DNA from: Armatimonadota bacterium
Lineage (GTDB): Bacteria; Armatimonadota; SYMT01
Assembly (NCBI GenBank): GCA_046292385.1
Contig: JBKBRF010000013.1
Span: 64,001 to 128,000 of the forward strand
Direction: 5' to 3'
DNA: 64,000 bases
Position numbers and translations under genes: made by a program. Of the stretch, positions 38,901-47,094 are shown piece after piece (positions within the stretch are counted from its first letter, which is position 1; each line of letters begins with the position of its first letter). The notes under the pieces were generated by a model, which ran no database searches, had not been told where the DNA came from, and saw only the letters and a list, made by a program, of their open reading frames with translations.

Positions 38901-39101
38901 CGGCCGCACCACCCGGGTAAAGCGCTGCTCCAGCTCCTGCTTCGTCGGCGCGGCGGGCTTCGCGGCCGGCTTTGCGGGAGGCTTAGGCTTTGCCGGCGCA
39001 GCGCCGGAGGCAGCGACGCCGGTCACCACGGCGGCGAGCATGGCGGCCGCCGAGGCGAACAACCCCAGCGCGGGAGGACGGGATTTCAAGCGGTCGGTCA
39101 T
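35907..39101 (-). CDS. DUF1592/1588/1587/1585/1595 (PSCyt/PSD) multidomain cytochrome-c-like protein
   Basis: 'YCIGCH', 'RRLSNAEYDYTVRDL', 'GFDN', 'RAYRRP', 'SPHFLFR', 'LASRLSYFLWSSAPD', 'TSPVKRGYWV', 'CSPCHARFD', 'KLLSYSLGR'. Confidence 0.93.
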   Translation of the reverse strand: MTDRLKSRPPALGLFASAAAMLAAVVTGVAASGAAPAKPKPPAKPAAKPAAPTKQELEQRFTRVVRPFMQSYCIGCHGANKPQAQLDLSGYTTMASVASDFGHWSLVLERMAVEQMPPPNAKQPSAAQRKAVIGWIQALREYEANRNAGDPGLVLARRLSNAEYDYTVRDLTGVDIRPTKEFPVDPANQEGFDNSGESLTVSPALTRKYVQAARTVADHLVLKPEGFDFAPHPTLAPTDRDKYSILRIVDFYKQQPTDLADYFLAAWRYRHRAALGMPQASLADVAAQSRVSPRYLETVWKTLTAPGEKVGPIAKLQQMWSAMPAPQGKSEETARGMSAAIRDWVTGLRKKVAFKFDNLWLPGFSPGGQCFVMWKNRQYASHRRKLNVEALQVNGVPKPRTVTRSSTFGARAEGTRTIVDPVDPELFVPGDEKERAVFVDSFTRFCSVFPDAFYISERGRMFIDDPNDKGRLLSAGLHNAMGYFRDDTPLMELVLDEEGRRKLDRLWLDFDFVAFIPERMHLEFFHYERAETDTLNDPMFDFAKAEDADATSEAKIKKLAELYLAKARRSQERNNASPVTIQAIEEHFRIVNSSIRAIEKARKDAEPSHVTALLDFAQRAYRRPLTTAERESLAGFYRSMREQDGLSHEDAIRDGVVSVLMSPHFLFRVDLEASAPAARPAAPAASGAKVRTASAAAAAPAPVTLPSGQKLQPLSDYALASRLSYFLWSSAPDALLLARAKAGDLHQPEVLASEARRMLSDPRVRRLAVEFGGNWLDFRRFEEHNAVDRERFKSFNDELRTAMFEEPVRFLTDTFQQNRSVLDLLFGKHTFVNAPLARHYGMDDVKVPENGWVRVENADRYSRGGLLPMAVFMTANSPGLRTSPVKRGYWVVRRVLGEHIPPPPPTVPELPGDEEKLGDLTLRQLLEKHRESPACSPCHARFDSYGLVFEGYGPVGDVRARDLGGKPVDTAAPFPGGDRKGLAGLIAFIREQRQNDFVDNLCRKLLSYSLGRTLQPSDDPLLRQMRARLAANDYRFDTLVESIVTSRQFRYRRGPVASVKSVEN

Positions 39102-39503
39102 AAACTTCTATCGTTCCCCACCGGTGCCGCACGGAGCTTGCCCCTGCGGACGGCTGGAAGCGGCTCCAGTAATAAAGCGGCTGTAGTAATAAGGATAGCC
39201 GAGAGGCAGGCCGGGTTTCAGGCTTCCCCTCCCCCGGGGGCGAAGCTCCCAGAGAACTCCAAGACTGCACCCCGGAACGGCGGCCGCCCGGATGTAGATA
39301 CGCCCGCGGGCGCGGGCGATGTCACCGAGGAGCCAACCTCTCGCATGCAGGCGCGGGCGGCGGGGCTCGCCGCCTCGGAGCGGGAGACCCTGCCGCTTGC
39401 CGTGGAGCTACTCCAGGTCGGTCTGCCTTCTGAGTTAAGAGTTGTCGATGACCCTCCAGGTCACCCGCGACCAGGAAAGTGCGGCGGCGGTTCCTGCTCA
39501 CGG

Positions 39504-39716
39504 GGCCTCATCCTCGATCCTTCTCAGGGAAGGGGGTTGGGGGTTAGGCCGCGCCGGAGTGCTGACCCGCCGTGCTACAGCTCAACGGCTGTTTTCAGAG
39601 CAGTAGGAGTAGGAGAACGAGTAGGAGAAGGAGCCATTCTAAGGACGGAATGCAGAGGACCGAACCTTCGTTTGCAGGGTTTGAATTCCGAGCTCCGCCC
39701 TCTGCACTCCGCCCTT
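39504..39716. repeat. Cluster of three short repeat elements
   Basis: Hairpin GGCCTCATCCTC...GGGAAGGGGGTTGGGGGTTAGGCC; (GAGTAG/GAGAAC) hexamers; inverted arms AAGGACGGAATGCAGAGG ... CCTCTGCACTCCGCCCTT. Confidence 0.6.
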
Positions 39717-39744
39717 AGGAGATCCCCTTACTACGGAGAGAACG

Positions 39745-40188
39745 ATGTACGATCCGGAGCGGCCGTATAGCCAGCGGGACGTGATGAACATGCTGACGGA
39801 GCGGCTGCCGGCCGGGAAGTACACCTGGATTCGGGATCCGGAAGGCAACCCGTCCGTGCAGGCGTACGGCGCGAGCTTCCTGCCGTCGCAGCCGGTCTAC
39901 GTGCAGTACCGCCCCAGCGTGGTCAAGATGCAGCTGCGCTTCACGCCGCGGCGGATCTCACCCTCCCGCGAGGAGGAGCTCTGGCAGGCGGCGGAGGCGG
40001 CGCGGGGCGCGCTGCGGCAGGCGGGGGTCTCCGCGCGGCGGCAGCCGGGGCGGACGCAGGAGACGGAGCGGGACGAGCAGTGGGTGCTCACCATTCCGGA
40101 GCGCCTCTCCGAGGCCGGATACGACGCGCTGGGGGACTGGGTGGCGCTGGCGGCCGGCTGCATGGGGATAGAGGCCGCCCGGGAGTGA
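39745..40188 (+). CDS. Hypothetical protein
   Basis: GGAG RBS, GC3-biased codons, followed by a palindrome. No family recognised. Confidence 0.65.
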   Translation: MYDPERPYSQRDVMNMLTERLPAGKYTWIRDPEGNPSVQAYGASFLPSQPVYVQYRPSVVKMQLRFTPRRISPSREEELWQAAEAARGALRQAGVSARRQPGRTQETERDEQWVLTIPERLSEAGYDALGDWVALAAGCMGIEAARE

Positions 40189-40191
40189 AGC

Positions 40192-40219
40192 GGCCGGGCG
40201 GGAGCGCTCCCGCCCGGCC
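40192..40219. terminator. Perfect 28-bp palindrome between convergent genes
   Basis: GGCCGGGCGGGAGC|GCTCCCGCCCGGCC. Confidence 0.6.
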
Positions 40220-40226
40220 CGGAACA

Positions 40227-40769
40227 TCAGGCGGCGTGGGCGAGCACCCGGCGCTCCTGCTCCACACGGTCGACGTCCGCCGCGTCGATCTCCACGCTGA
40301 CCGCCTGGTTGACGTAGTCGATTGACAGGACCAGCCGGTGCCGGCTCTCGGCAACCCGCAGGAGCTGACCCTCCGCGCCGATGAGCGGTCCGCGGATCAC
40401 CCGCACCCGCTCGCCGGCCTTCAGGTACGGGTGCCCCTCCGCGTTGACGGCGGCGGCGAGGGCGGTGCGGAGCGACTCCACCTGCGCCTCCGGGATGACG
40501 GCAGGCTTGCCCACGCTGTCCACCAGGTGGATCACGCCGGCAGAGCGCTTCAGCAGCGCCCGTGTCTCCGCATAGAGGACGCACTTCACGAAGAGGTAAC
40601 CCGGGAGCGCCGGCACCTCGATCGTCAGCTTCCGGTCCTTGCGGCTGCTCCAGGTGCGCCGGAGGGGAAGGTAGACTTCCAGCCCCTGGCGAGCCAGGAA
40701 CGTAGCAACCTGCTTTTCGTGACGGCTTCGGGTGTATACGGCATACCACGCCGCTTGATGACTGGACAT
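40227..40769 (-). CDS. Specialised NusG paralogue (UpxY/RfaH/LoaP-like antiterminator)
   Basis: NGN 'WYAVYTRSRHEKQV..EVYLPL..WSSRK..VPALPGYLFV' and KOW 'GERVRVIRGPLIGAEG..RLVLSI'. Confidence 0.9.
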   Translation of the reverse strand: MSSHQAAWYAVYTRSRHEKQVATFLARQGLEVYLPLRRTWSSRKDRKLTIEVPALPGYLFVKCVLYAETRALLKRSAGVIHLVDSVGKPAVIPEAQVESLRTALAAAVNAEGHPYLKAGERVRVIRGPLIGAEGQLLRVAESRHRLVLSIDYVNQAVSVEIDAADVDRVEQERRVLAHAA

Positions 40770-41325
40770 CAGGGATACTGCTTCCTGTTCAAACGCTCGA
40801 GCGGAGAAATGGTCGGGGAGACGGATGTCGGCGCCACACTGGAAAGGTAGCCCGGCTGCCGGCCCGCTTCAATCCCCCGGCCCCTAAATAACCGCTAAGG
40901 ATGGGCCGGACACCGTACGTTCGCATGTCGGACGCAGATGGCAAACGAGCTACCTTACTGCGTACGAATTTAGAGACATGTGCTTGCCGGCACATGGGCC
41001 GGAGATTTCGCAGTTACTCCTATAGCCGCACCTCGGTTGCTCTGCAAGCCCTAACGGTACAGAGCGGCTCGCGCCCGGAAAACTTCCCCTTTTCCCCCTC
41101 AAGTAAAGTCCGTTTGGCACCCATAATCGCCCTTGAGCGCGGTCGAATTGCAACAGCACGGTCCGCGCCGCCGGCCAGGAGCGTTTCTCCCCGCAACGTC
41201 CTGTACGCCCCGGAAGTCGGCGCCAGCAAAGAAACGGCTGCCCGTCAGCCGAGATAGCCCGGAAGTCGCTCTCCCCACGGCGCGGCTCCGGAAGACCACT
41301 GGTCCGATCAGAAGGAGTAACCCCT

Positions 41326-43404
41326 ATGTTGCGGCAGAGCTCTCTGCTGCGCGCCGGTCTCGCGGCCCTGGCCGCTTCCGGCACGCTGCTCAGTTCCGGC
41401 GCGTTCGCCGTGCCGACCGAAGTCCCCGCTGCTCCCGCGGCCTACGCGCGCGGCCGTATCCTGGTCCGGTTCCGGCAGAACGTGCCGGCTGCCCGGGGGG
41501 CAGCGCTCGCTTCCGCGCTGGGCGGGCGCTCGGTCGCGGCCCTCCGCGCCAGCGGCATGCAGGTGGTGCAGCTTCCGCAGGGGGTGGACGAGCAGACGGC
41601 GGTGCGGGCCTTCGCGGCCCGGCCGGAGGTGGAGTCGGCGCAGCTCGACCGCGCGTTCCCGCCGGAGCGGCTGCCGAACGACCCCTACTACGCCTCCGCC
41701 TGGCACCTCGCCAAGATCGGCGGGCCGTCGGCCTGGGACGTCACTACCGGTGACGCCGGCGTGACGATCGCGATCCTCGACTCCGGCGTGGACGGGACGC
41801 ATCCGGACCTCGCCGGCCGGATGGTGCCGGGGTGGAACTTCTACGATAACAACTCCAACACCTCGGACGTGCAGGGGCACGGGACCAACGTGGCGGGCGC
41901 GGCGGCGGCGGCCACCAACAACGGCGCCGGCGTGGCGGCGGTGGCGTGGAACTGCCGCCTGATGCCGGTCCGCGTTACCGACACGGGCGGCTATGCCTAC
42001 GAGTCGACCCTTTCCAAGGGCCTGGAGTTCGCCGCGAACAACGGCGCCCGGGTGGCGAACCTGAGCTTCGCCGTGAGCAGCAGCGTCATCGTCAAGAGCG
42101 CGGCGCAGTACTTCCAGAGCAAGGGCGGCGTGGTCACCGTCTCCGCGGGGAACGCGAGCACCTTCGACAGCTCCGCCGACAACCCGTACGTGCTGACGGT
42201 GAGCGCCACCGACTCCTCGGACAACAAGGCGTCCTGGTCGAACACCGGCAACAACGTCGACCTCGCCGCACCCGGCGTCAGCATCTACACCACGGCCCGG
42301 GGCGGCGGCTACCTGATGAAGTCCGGCACCTCGTTCTCCGCGCCGGTCGTCGCCGGCGTCGCCGCGCTGATGCTCTCCGCCAACCCCGCGCTCACGCCGG
42401 CGGAGGTGGAGCAGGCGCTGGAGCAGGGCGCGCTGGACCGCGGCACCGCGGGCTGGGACACCGACTTCGGCTGGGGCCGCGTCAACGCCGCCGAAGCGCT
42501 CCGCCTGAGCGGCGGCAGCACCCCCGGGGACCAGGAGCCGCCGACGGTGAGCCTCACCGCACCCGCGGCCGGCGCCACCGTGGCGGGACTGGCGACGGTC
42601 TCCGTCTCCGCGGCGGACAACACCGGGGTGACCGGCGTCGACTTCTACGTCAACGGCGTGAAGCAGGCGACCGACACCACCGCCCCGTACAGCTTCGGCT
42701 GGAGCACCATCTCCCTCGCGAACGGCAGCTACGCGCTTAGCGCGGTGGCGGCGGACGCCGCGGGTAACACCGCTTCCGCCCAGATCAGCGTCAACGTGAG
42801 CAACGCCGTCACCGATACGCAGGCGCCCAGCGTGAGCATCAGCAGCCCCGGCAGCGGCGCCACCGTCCTCGGTAACACGGTGATCGGCGCGAGCGCCACC
42901 GATAACGTGGGCGTCTCTTACGTCGACTTCTACGTCGATGGCGTGAAGCTGGCGACCGACACGGCGGCGCCCTACAGCTACACCTGGAACACCACCACGC
43001 TGGCGAACGGCAGCCACACGGTGAAGGTGGTCGCGGTCGACGCGGCCGGCAATGCCGGCTCGGCGCAGATCGGCGTCACGGTGAGCAACTCCACCGCCGA
43101 CACTACCAGGCCGACCGTCTCCGTCACCTCCCCCACCGCGGGCGCAGGCGTCGACCGGCATCTCTACGTCTACGTGTCGGCCAGCGACAACGTCGGCGTG
43201 AAGCGGGTGGAGCTGTTCGTGGACGGCAGGTACGTCGCCGCGCAGACGGCGGCGCCGTTCACTACCTACGTAGACACCAAGAAGTGGAGCAAAGGCGGCC
43301 ACACCCTCCAGGTGCGGGCGTACGACGCCGCCGGCAACTCGGGGAGCTCCGCCCTCGTTACCGTCTACCAGGGCATCGCCGGATCCGGGAAGCGCGGGAA
43401 ATAA
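41326..43404 (+). CDS. Secreted S8 subtilase with three Ig-like (Big) domains
   Basis: Catalytic triad 'ILDSGVD', 'HGTNVAG', 'SGTSFSAP'; three 'DT..PTVS.T.P..GA..V.FYVDG..APYS..W..AGN' repeats. Confidence 0.95.
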   Translation: MLRQSSLLRAGLAALAASGTLLSSGAFAVPTEVPAAPAAYARGRILVRFRQNVPAARGAALASALGGRSVAALRASGMQVVQLPQGVDEQTAVRAFAARPEVESAQLDRAFPPERLPNDPYYASAWHLAKIGGPSAWDVTTGDAGVTIAILDSGVDGTHPDLAGRMVPGWNFYDNNSNTSDVQGHGTNVAGAAAAATNNGAGVAAVAWNCRLMPVRVTDTGGYAYESTLSKGLEFAANNGARVANLSFAVSSSVIVKSAAQYFQSKGGVVTVSAGNASTFDSSADNPYVLTVSATDSSDNKASWSNTGNNVDLAAPGVSIYTTARGGGYLMKSGTSFSAPVVAGVAALMLSANPALTPAEVEQALEQGALDRGTAGWDTDFGWGRVNAAEALRLSGGSTPGDQEPPTVSLTAPAAGATVAGLATVSVSAADNTGVTGVDFYVNGVKQATDTTAPYSFGWSTISLANGSYALSAVAADAAGNTASAQISVNVSNAVTDTQAPSVSISSPGSGATVLGNTVIGASATDNVGVSYVDFYVDGVKLATDTAAPYSYTWNTTTLANGSHTVKVVAVDAAGNAGSAQIGVTVSNSTADTTRPTVSVTSPTAGAGVDRHLYVYVSASDNVGVKRVELFVDGRYVAAQTAAPFTTYVDTKKWSKGGHTLQVRAYDAAGNSGSSALVTVYQGIAGSGKRGK

Positions 43405-43429
43405 GGCGCGTCCGGGGTTCGTGAGACGT

Positions 43430-43456
43430 CGGGCCGGAGGGAAGCCCTCCGGCCCG
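43430..43456. terminator. Hairpin between convergent genes
   Basis: CGGGCCGGAGGG-AAG-CCCTCCGGCCCG. Confidence 0.65.
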
Positions 43457-43464
43457 TCCTCGCG

Positions 43465-43776
43465 TCAGGAGCCGGCGCCGCCCTTGAACATCTCGGAGGC
43501 CTGCTGCGCCACGTGCCGGATCTCGTCCATCCCGCCGTGCCGCTGGAACTCCTCGGCGGCGCGCTGCAGCTCCATCGCCTTGCGCTGCAGGTAGGTGCGG
43601 TGACGCAGGCCAATAACGAGCAGCGTGATTCCGGCCGCCGCGACAAGCACCCCCTCCGGCCACAGCGGAATGGGCCGGTCGGTCGGATCGGTGGGACGGA
43701 TCGACGCCGAAGTCGGCGTGGAGATCGGCTCGGTAGGCGGCGCCACCCCGGCGCTGCTGCCTGTCGTATCGCTCAT
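43465..43776 (-). CDS. Small hypothetical single-TM protein
   Basis: Purine-rich RBS, one hydrophobic helix, helical C-terminus. Confidence 0.6.
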   Translation of the reverse strand: MSDTTGSSAGVAPPTEPISTPTSASIRPTDPTDRPIPLWPEGVLVAAAGITLLVIGLRHRTYLQRKAMELQRAAEEFQRHGGMDEIRHVAQQASEMFKGGAGS

Positions 43777-44002
43777 GCTCTTCCCCTCGGGCTCCCGTGA
43801 CGTCCCGGCACCTTCCGGTAGTCATGCGGACGCTAATCTATACCCTGCCCGGGCGGCCGCAAACCACCCACCCGCCCGCTCTCTTATGATACAGGCAGGC
43901 GAAACACCCGAGAGGGCACTGCAGGCCGGGATAGGTGAACCGCGGTCGAAGGCCGAACATCCCCCCGACGGCGAGGCCGGGCGTGGGGCGGGCGAGAACG
44001 CG

Positions 44003-45037
44003 ATGCTGGAGCGATACCTGTCTGGAAGCGAGGCGGAAAGCACCGCCAGCGGGCGAGGGGCGCCGCGAGTAACGGCGCGGCTCTGCCGGCCGGGCTCCGA
44101 CCGCTGCGAGCAGATCCCGCCGGAACGGATCAGCGAGCTGCTCCAGCAGCCTGGAGCGCTGCTCTGGGTCGACGTGGCCTACCCCACCGCGGCGGAGCTG
44201 GAGATGCTCCGCGGAGAGTTCGGCTTCCACCGCCTGGCGCTGGAAGATATCTCGCGGCAGCGGCAGCGGCCGAAGGTGGACGAGTACCCCAGTTACTTCT
44301 TCGTGGTGATGCACGCGCCGCTGCCTGCGAACGGCGGGCTCAAGCTGGAGATGGCGGAGCTGGACGTCTTCGTCGGCGGCAACTACGTGGTCACCTCCCG
44401 CCACTGCGAGATCCCGGCGCTCGACGACGCCATCCAGCGCTGGGAGCGCACGGAGCCGGAGCTGCGGGGGCACGTCGGCTTCCTGCTCCACGTGATTGCG
44501 GACTCGGTGATCGACGCCTACTTCCCGATCGTCGACTCGATCGAAGACCGCCTCGACCGGATCGAATTTGCGATGTTCAGCCTCGACCCGACCTACAACC
44601 CGGAGGAGCTGCTGGGGGTGAAGCGGGCGCTCTACACGCTGCGGAAGGCGATCTACCCCTTGCGGGAGGTCTTCAACGTCTTCCTGCGGCGGGACCAGAT
44701 GATCTTCAGCGCGGAGACCTATCCGTACTTCCAGGACGTCTACGACCACGTGCTGCGCCTGCTCGACCTGATCGACATCGAGCGAGACATGGCGACCGGC
44801 GCCCTCGAGTCGCAGATCAGCGTCGCCTCCCACCGGCTGAACGAGACGATGAAGCGGCTGACGGTGGTCGCCGTCTGTGTGGCGGTGATGGGCGCCGTCT
44901 TCGGCGCGTGGGGCATGAACTTCACCGCCGTGCCGCTCGCGCACGAAGGGCTGGCCGGATTCGCAATCGTCACCGGCGGTACCTTCGCCCTGGTCGGCCT
45001 CGTCCTGGCGTGGGCGCGTCGCATTGGTCTCTGGTAA
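44003..45037 (+). CDS. corA: CorA-family Mg2+/Co2+ transporter
   Basis: 'FGFHRLALED', 'QRPKVDEY', 'IDAYFP', 'PYFQDVYDH', 'LNETMKRLT', 'WGMNF'. Start approximate. Confidence 0.92.
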   Translation: MLERYLSGSEAESTASGRGAPRVTARLCRPGSDRCEQIPPERISELLQQPGALLWVDVAYPTAAELEMLRGEFGFHRLALEDISRQRQRPKVDEYPSYFFVVMHAPLPANGGLKLEMAELDVFVGGNYVVTSRHCEIPALDDAIQRWERTEPELRGHVGFLLHVIADSVIDAYFPIVDSIEDRLDRIEFAMFSLDPTYNPEELLGVKRALYTLRKAIYPLREVFNVFLRRDQMIFSAETYPYFQDVYDHVLRLLDLIDIERDMATGALESQISVASHRLNETMKRLTVVAVCVAVMGAVFGAWGMNFTAVPLAHEGLAGFAIVTGGTFALVGLVLAWARRIGLW

Positions 45038-45103
45038 CCGGCGGGAGCCGATCCGCAGATCCAGGGTCTATCTCCACAGAGAATTTCGGCAGCGGAGGCA
45101 AGT

Positions 45104-45490
45104 ATGCGAAGGTGGCTCGGGTTGATCGGGGTGTTGGCGACCGTGGCGGCGCTTCCGGCGCCGGCGGCGGACCTGGGGCCGGGGACGGTGGTCGGCAAGG
45201 TGACGGAGGTCTCGTCTTCCTCTTCCGGCCGCAAGATCTGGGTCACGGCGGGTAAGGAGAGGTGGACCCTCCACCTGAGCCGCACCAACAAGGTCTTTCA
45301 CGCCGGCCGCCGTTACTCGCTGCACGACGTGGACGAAGGGATGTACGTCAAGGCGCGAGGAAAGCGGATCGGAGAGCGGCGGCTGGAGGTGGAGCGGCTC
45401 GACGTAGCGGGCGATCGCGCCGCCTTCCGCAAGGCGCAGTGCTACCGGCCCTCCGCGCCGGAAGGCTACTTCGTGCCGCGGCACTTCTGA
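45104..45490 (+). CDS. Small secreted hypothetical protein (OB-fold/DUF5666-like)
   Basis: GGAGG RBS, signal peptide, 'VVGKVTEV..DVDEGMYVKARG..LEVERLDV'. Confidence 0.65.
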   Translation: MRRWLGLIGVLATVAALPAPAADLGPGTVVGKVTEVSSSSSGRKIWVTAGKERWTLHLSRTNKVFHAGRRYSLHDVDEGMYVKARGKRIGERRLEVERLDVAGDRAAFRKAQCYRPSAPEGYFVPRHF

Positions 45491-45722
45491 GGCCGTCCGT
45501 GGGACAGCAGGGCAGAGAGACCCGGCATGCGGACGTGACCCCTCGGAGCGCCGTTCAGGGTGCTTTAGAGTTGAGACAGCCGGGTCCTTCAGGGCCCGGA
45601 GTCCGAACCGGTAACCACCCGCCGCTCTGATCGCCAGGACGTGCCGGAGCCCGGAGGTCGCCAGCGAGCAGGAGCAGGAGTAAGAGCAGGAGCAGGACCT
45701 CCCGCTAACGGACGGTTCGGAC

Positions 45723-45764
45723 TTTAGCCTTTAGCCTTTAGCCTTTAGCCTTTAGCCTTTAGCC
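45723..45764. repeat. Perfect (TTTAGCC)6 tandem repeat directly upstream of the DUF72 RBS
   Basis: Six exact copies counted, then TTC-AAAGGAGG and the ATG at 45786. Confidence 0.95.
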
Positions 45765-45785
45765 TTCAAAGGAGGCTTCCGGTCG

Positions 45786-46595
45786 ATGAGTGCGTTTCTG
45801 CAAGTGCTTTGCGGCACCTCGAGCTGGACTTCGCCCTCGTGGGTGGGGCCGTTCTACCCGGCGGGGACCGCTTCCAGCGACTTCCTGCCCCACTACTCCG
45901 CGCGCTTTCGCACGGTGGAGATCGACGCGACCTGGTACCGCTGTCCCACGGCGAAGACGGTCGACGGCTGGGCGGAGAAGACGCCGGACGACTTCGTCTT
46001 CGCCGCCAAGGTGCCGCGCTCGATCACCCACGAGCAGGTGCTGCTCGACTGCGAGGGGGAGCTGGAGGAGTTCGTCGGGGTGATGCGGCGGCTCGGACCG
46101 AAGCTGGGGCCGCTCCTGCTGCAGTTTCCCTACTTCAACCAGCAGACGTTCCCCGGCGTGGAGCCCTTCCTGGCCCGGCTCCGCCCGTTCCTGAAGCGGC
46201 TTCCGGAAGACGTCCGGTTCGCCGTGGAGATCCGCAACAAGCCATGGCTGGGGACGCGCCTCTTCGACACGCTGCAGGCGGCCGGCGTCGCCCTCGCCTG
46301 GATCGATCATCCCTGGATGCCGACTGCCCGATACTACGCCCGCGGCGCGGGGCTCACGACCGACTTCGCCTACGTACGCTGGCTGGGTGACCGGCACGGC
46401 ATCGAGCGTGTCACCACGAGCTGGGACCGCCTGGTCTACGACCGCACTCGCCAGCTCGAGCTCTGGGCGGATACGACCCGCCGCGCTCTCGGTCGCGTGG
46501 CGAAGGTCTACGCCTACGCCAACAACCACTACGCCGGCTGCGGCTACCAGACCGCGGAGCAGTTCCAGCGCTTTTTCTCCCCTCCGGAGGACTGA
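45786..46595 (+). CDS. DUF72 family protein
   Basis: 'GTSSW..WVGPFYP', 'TVEIDATWY', 'FAAKVPRSITH', 'LGPLLLQFP', 'FAVEIR', 'YVRWLG', 'YANNHY'. Confidence 0.93.
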   Translation: MSAFLQVLCGTSSWTSPSWVGPFYPAGTASSDFLPHYSARFRTVEIDATWYRCPTAKTVDGWAEKTPDDFVFAAKVPRSITHEQVLLDCEGELEEFVGVMRRLGPKLGPLLLQFPYFNQQTFPGVEPFLARLRPFLKRLPEDVRFAVEIRNKPWLGTRLFDTLQAAGVALAWIDHPWMPTARYYARGAGLTTDFAYVRWLGDRHGIERVTTSWDRLVYDRTRQLELWADTTRRALGRVAKVYAYANNHYAGCGYQTAEQFQRFFSPPED

Positions 46596-46655
46596 CCGCG
46601 CCGGCCGTAGCAGCCCGAAAAAATCTTAGTTACGTTTTGTCCTCGTGCGACGTCA

Positions 46656-46673
46656 TGTCTTCATAGGAAGACA
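46656..46673. promoter_or_regulatory. Candidate BlaI-family operator
   Basis: Perfect inverted repeat TGTCTTC-ATAG-GAAGACA just upstream of the repressor RBS. Confidence 0.65.
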
Positions 46674-46686
46674 GATGGAGCACGGG

Positions 46687-47094
46687 ATGAGACGAGCCTC
46701 GCTGGGAGAACAGGAGCTGGCGGTCCTCCGCTACATTGCGGAGCACGCGCCGGTTGCCGCGCGGGACGTGGTGGAGAAGTTCGCGGGAGAGCAGGAGCTG
46801 TCGCGCAGCACGATCCTTACCAAGATCGAGCGGCTCCTGAAGAAGGGATACCTCACCCGCCGCCGGCGCGGGGGGATCTTCTACTACTCGCCGCGGGTGG
46901 CCCAGTCGGAGGTGGTCGGCAGCCTGGTGCGCGACTTCGTGGAGAAGACGCTCGGCGGCTCCGTCTCCCCGATGGTCGCCTACCTGCTGAACACCCGGTC
47001 CCTCTCGCCGGAGGACGCGGCAGTGCTGCAGCGGCTGGCGGCGGAGCTGGACGACTCCGCGGCTCCCGAGGACGAGGAGGCCGCGGATGCCTGA
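46687..47094 (+). CDS. BlaI/MecI/CopY family transcriptional repressor
   Basis: 'LGEQELAVLRYI', 'SRSTILTKIERLLKKGYL', 'FVEKTLGGSVSP..YL'; overlaps the M56 gene start. Confidence 0.92.
   Translation: MRRASLGEQELAVLRYIAEHAPVAARDVVEKFAGEQELSRSTILTKIERLLKKGYLTRRRRGGIFYYSPRVAQSEVVGSLVRDFVEKTLGGSVSPMVAYLLNTRSLSPEDAAVLQRLAAELDDSAAPEDEEAADA

Noticed and set aside
40945..40965. JUMPStart/ops-like site in the NusG-paralogue leader (minus-strand CAGTAAGGTAGCT)
   Set aside because: Only a partial resemblance with no GGCGGTAG core; too short to distinguish from chance.
43625..44002. N-terminal extensions suggested by the ORF track (corA, gpsA, comEC, A2M, ATPase, M14, M48)
   Set aside because: The extensions overlap other genes or repeats and lack family similarity, so downstream starts that fit the domain boundary were used.
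45723..45764. Telomere-like or eukaryotic contamination (TTTAGCC, TTAGGG-like tracts)
   Set aside because: The tracts are short, sit between typical bacterial genes and recur as dispersed families in the window.
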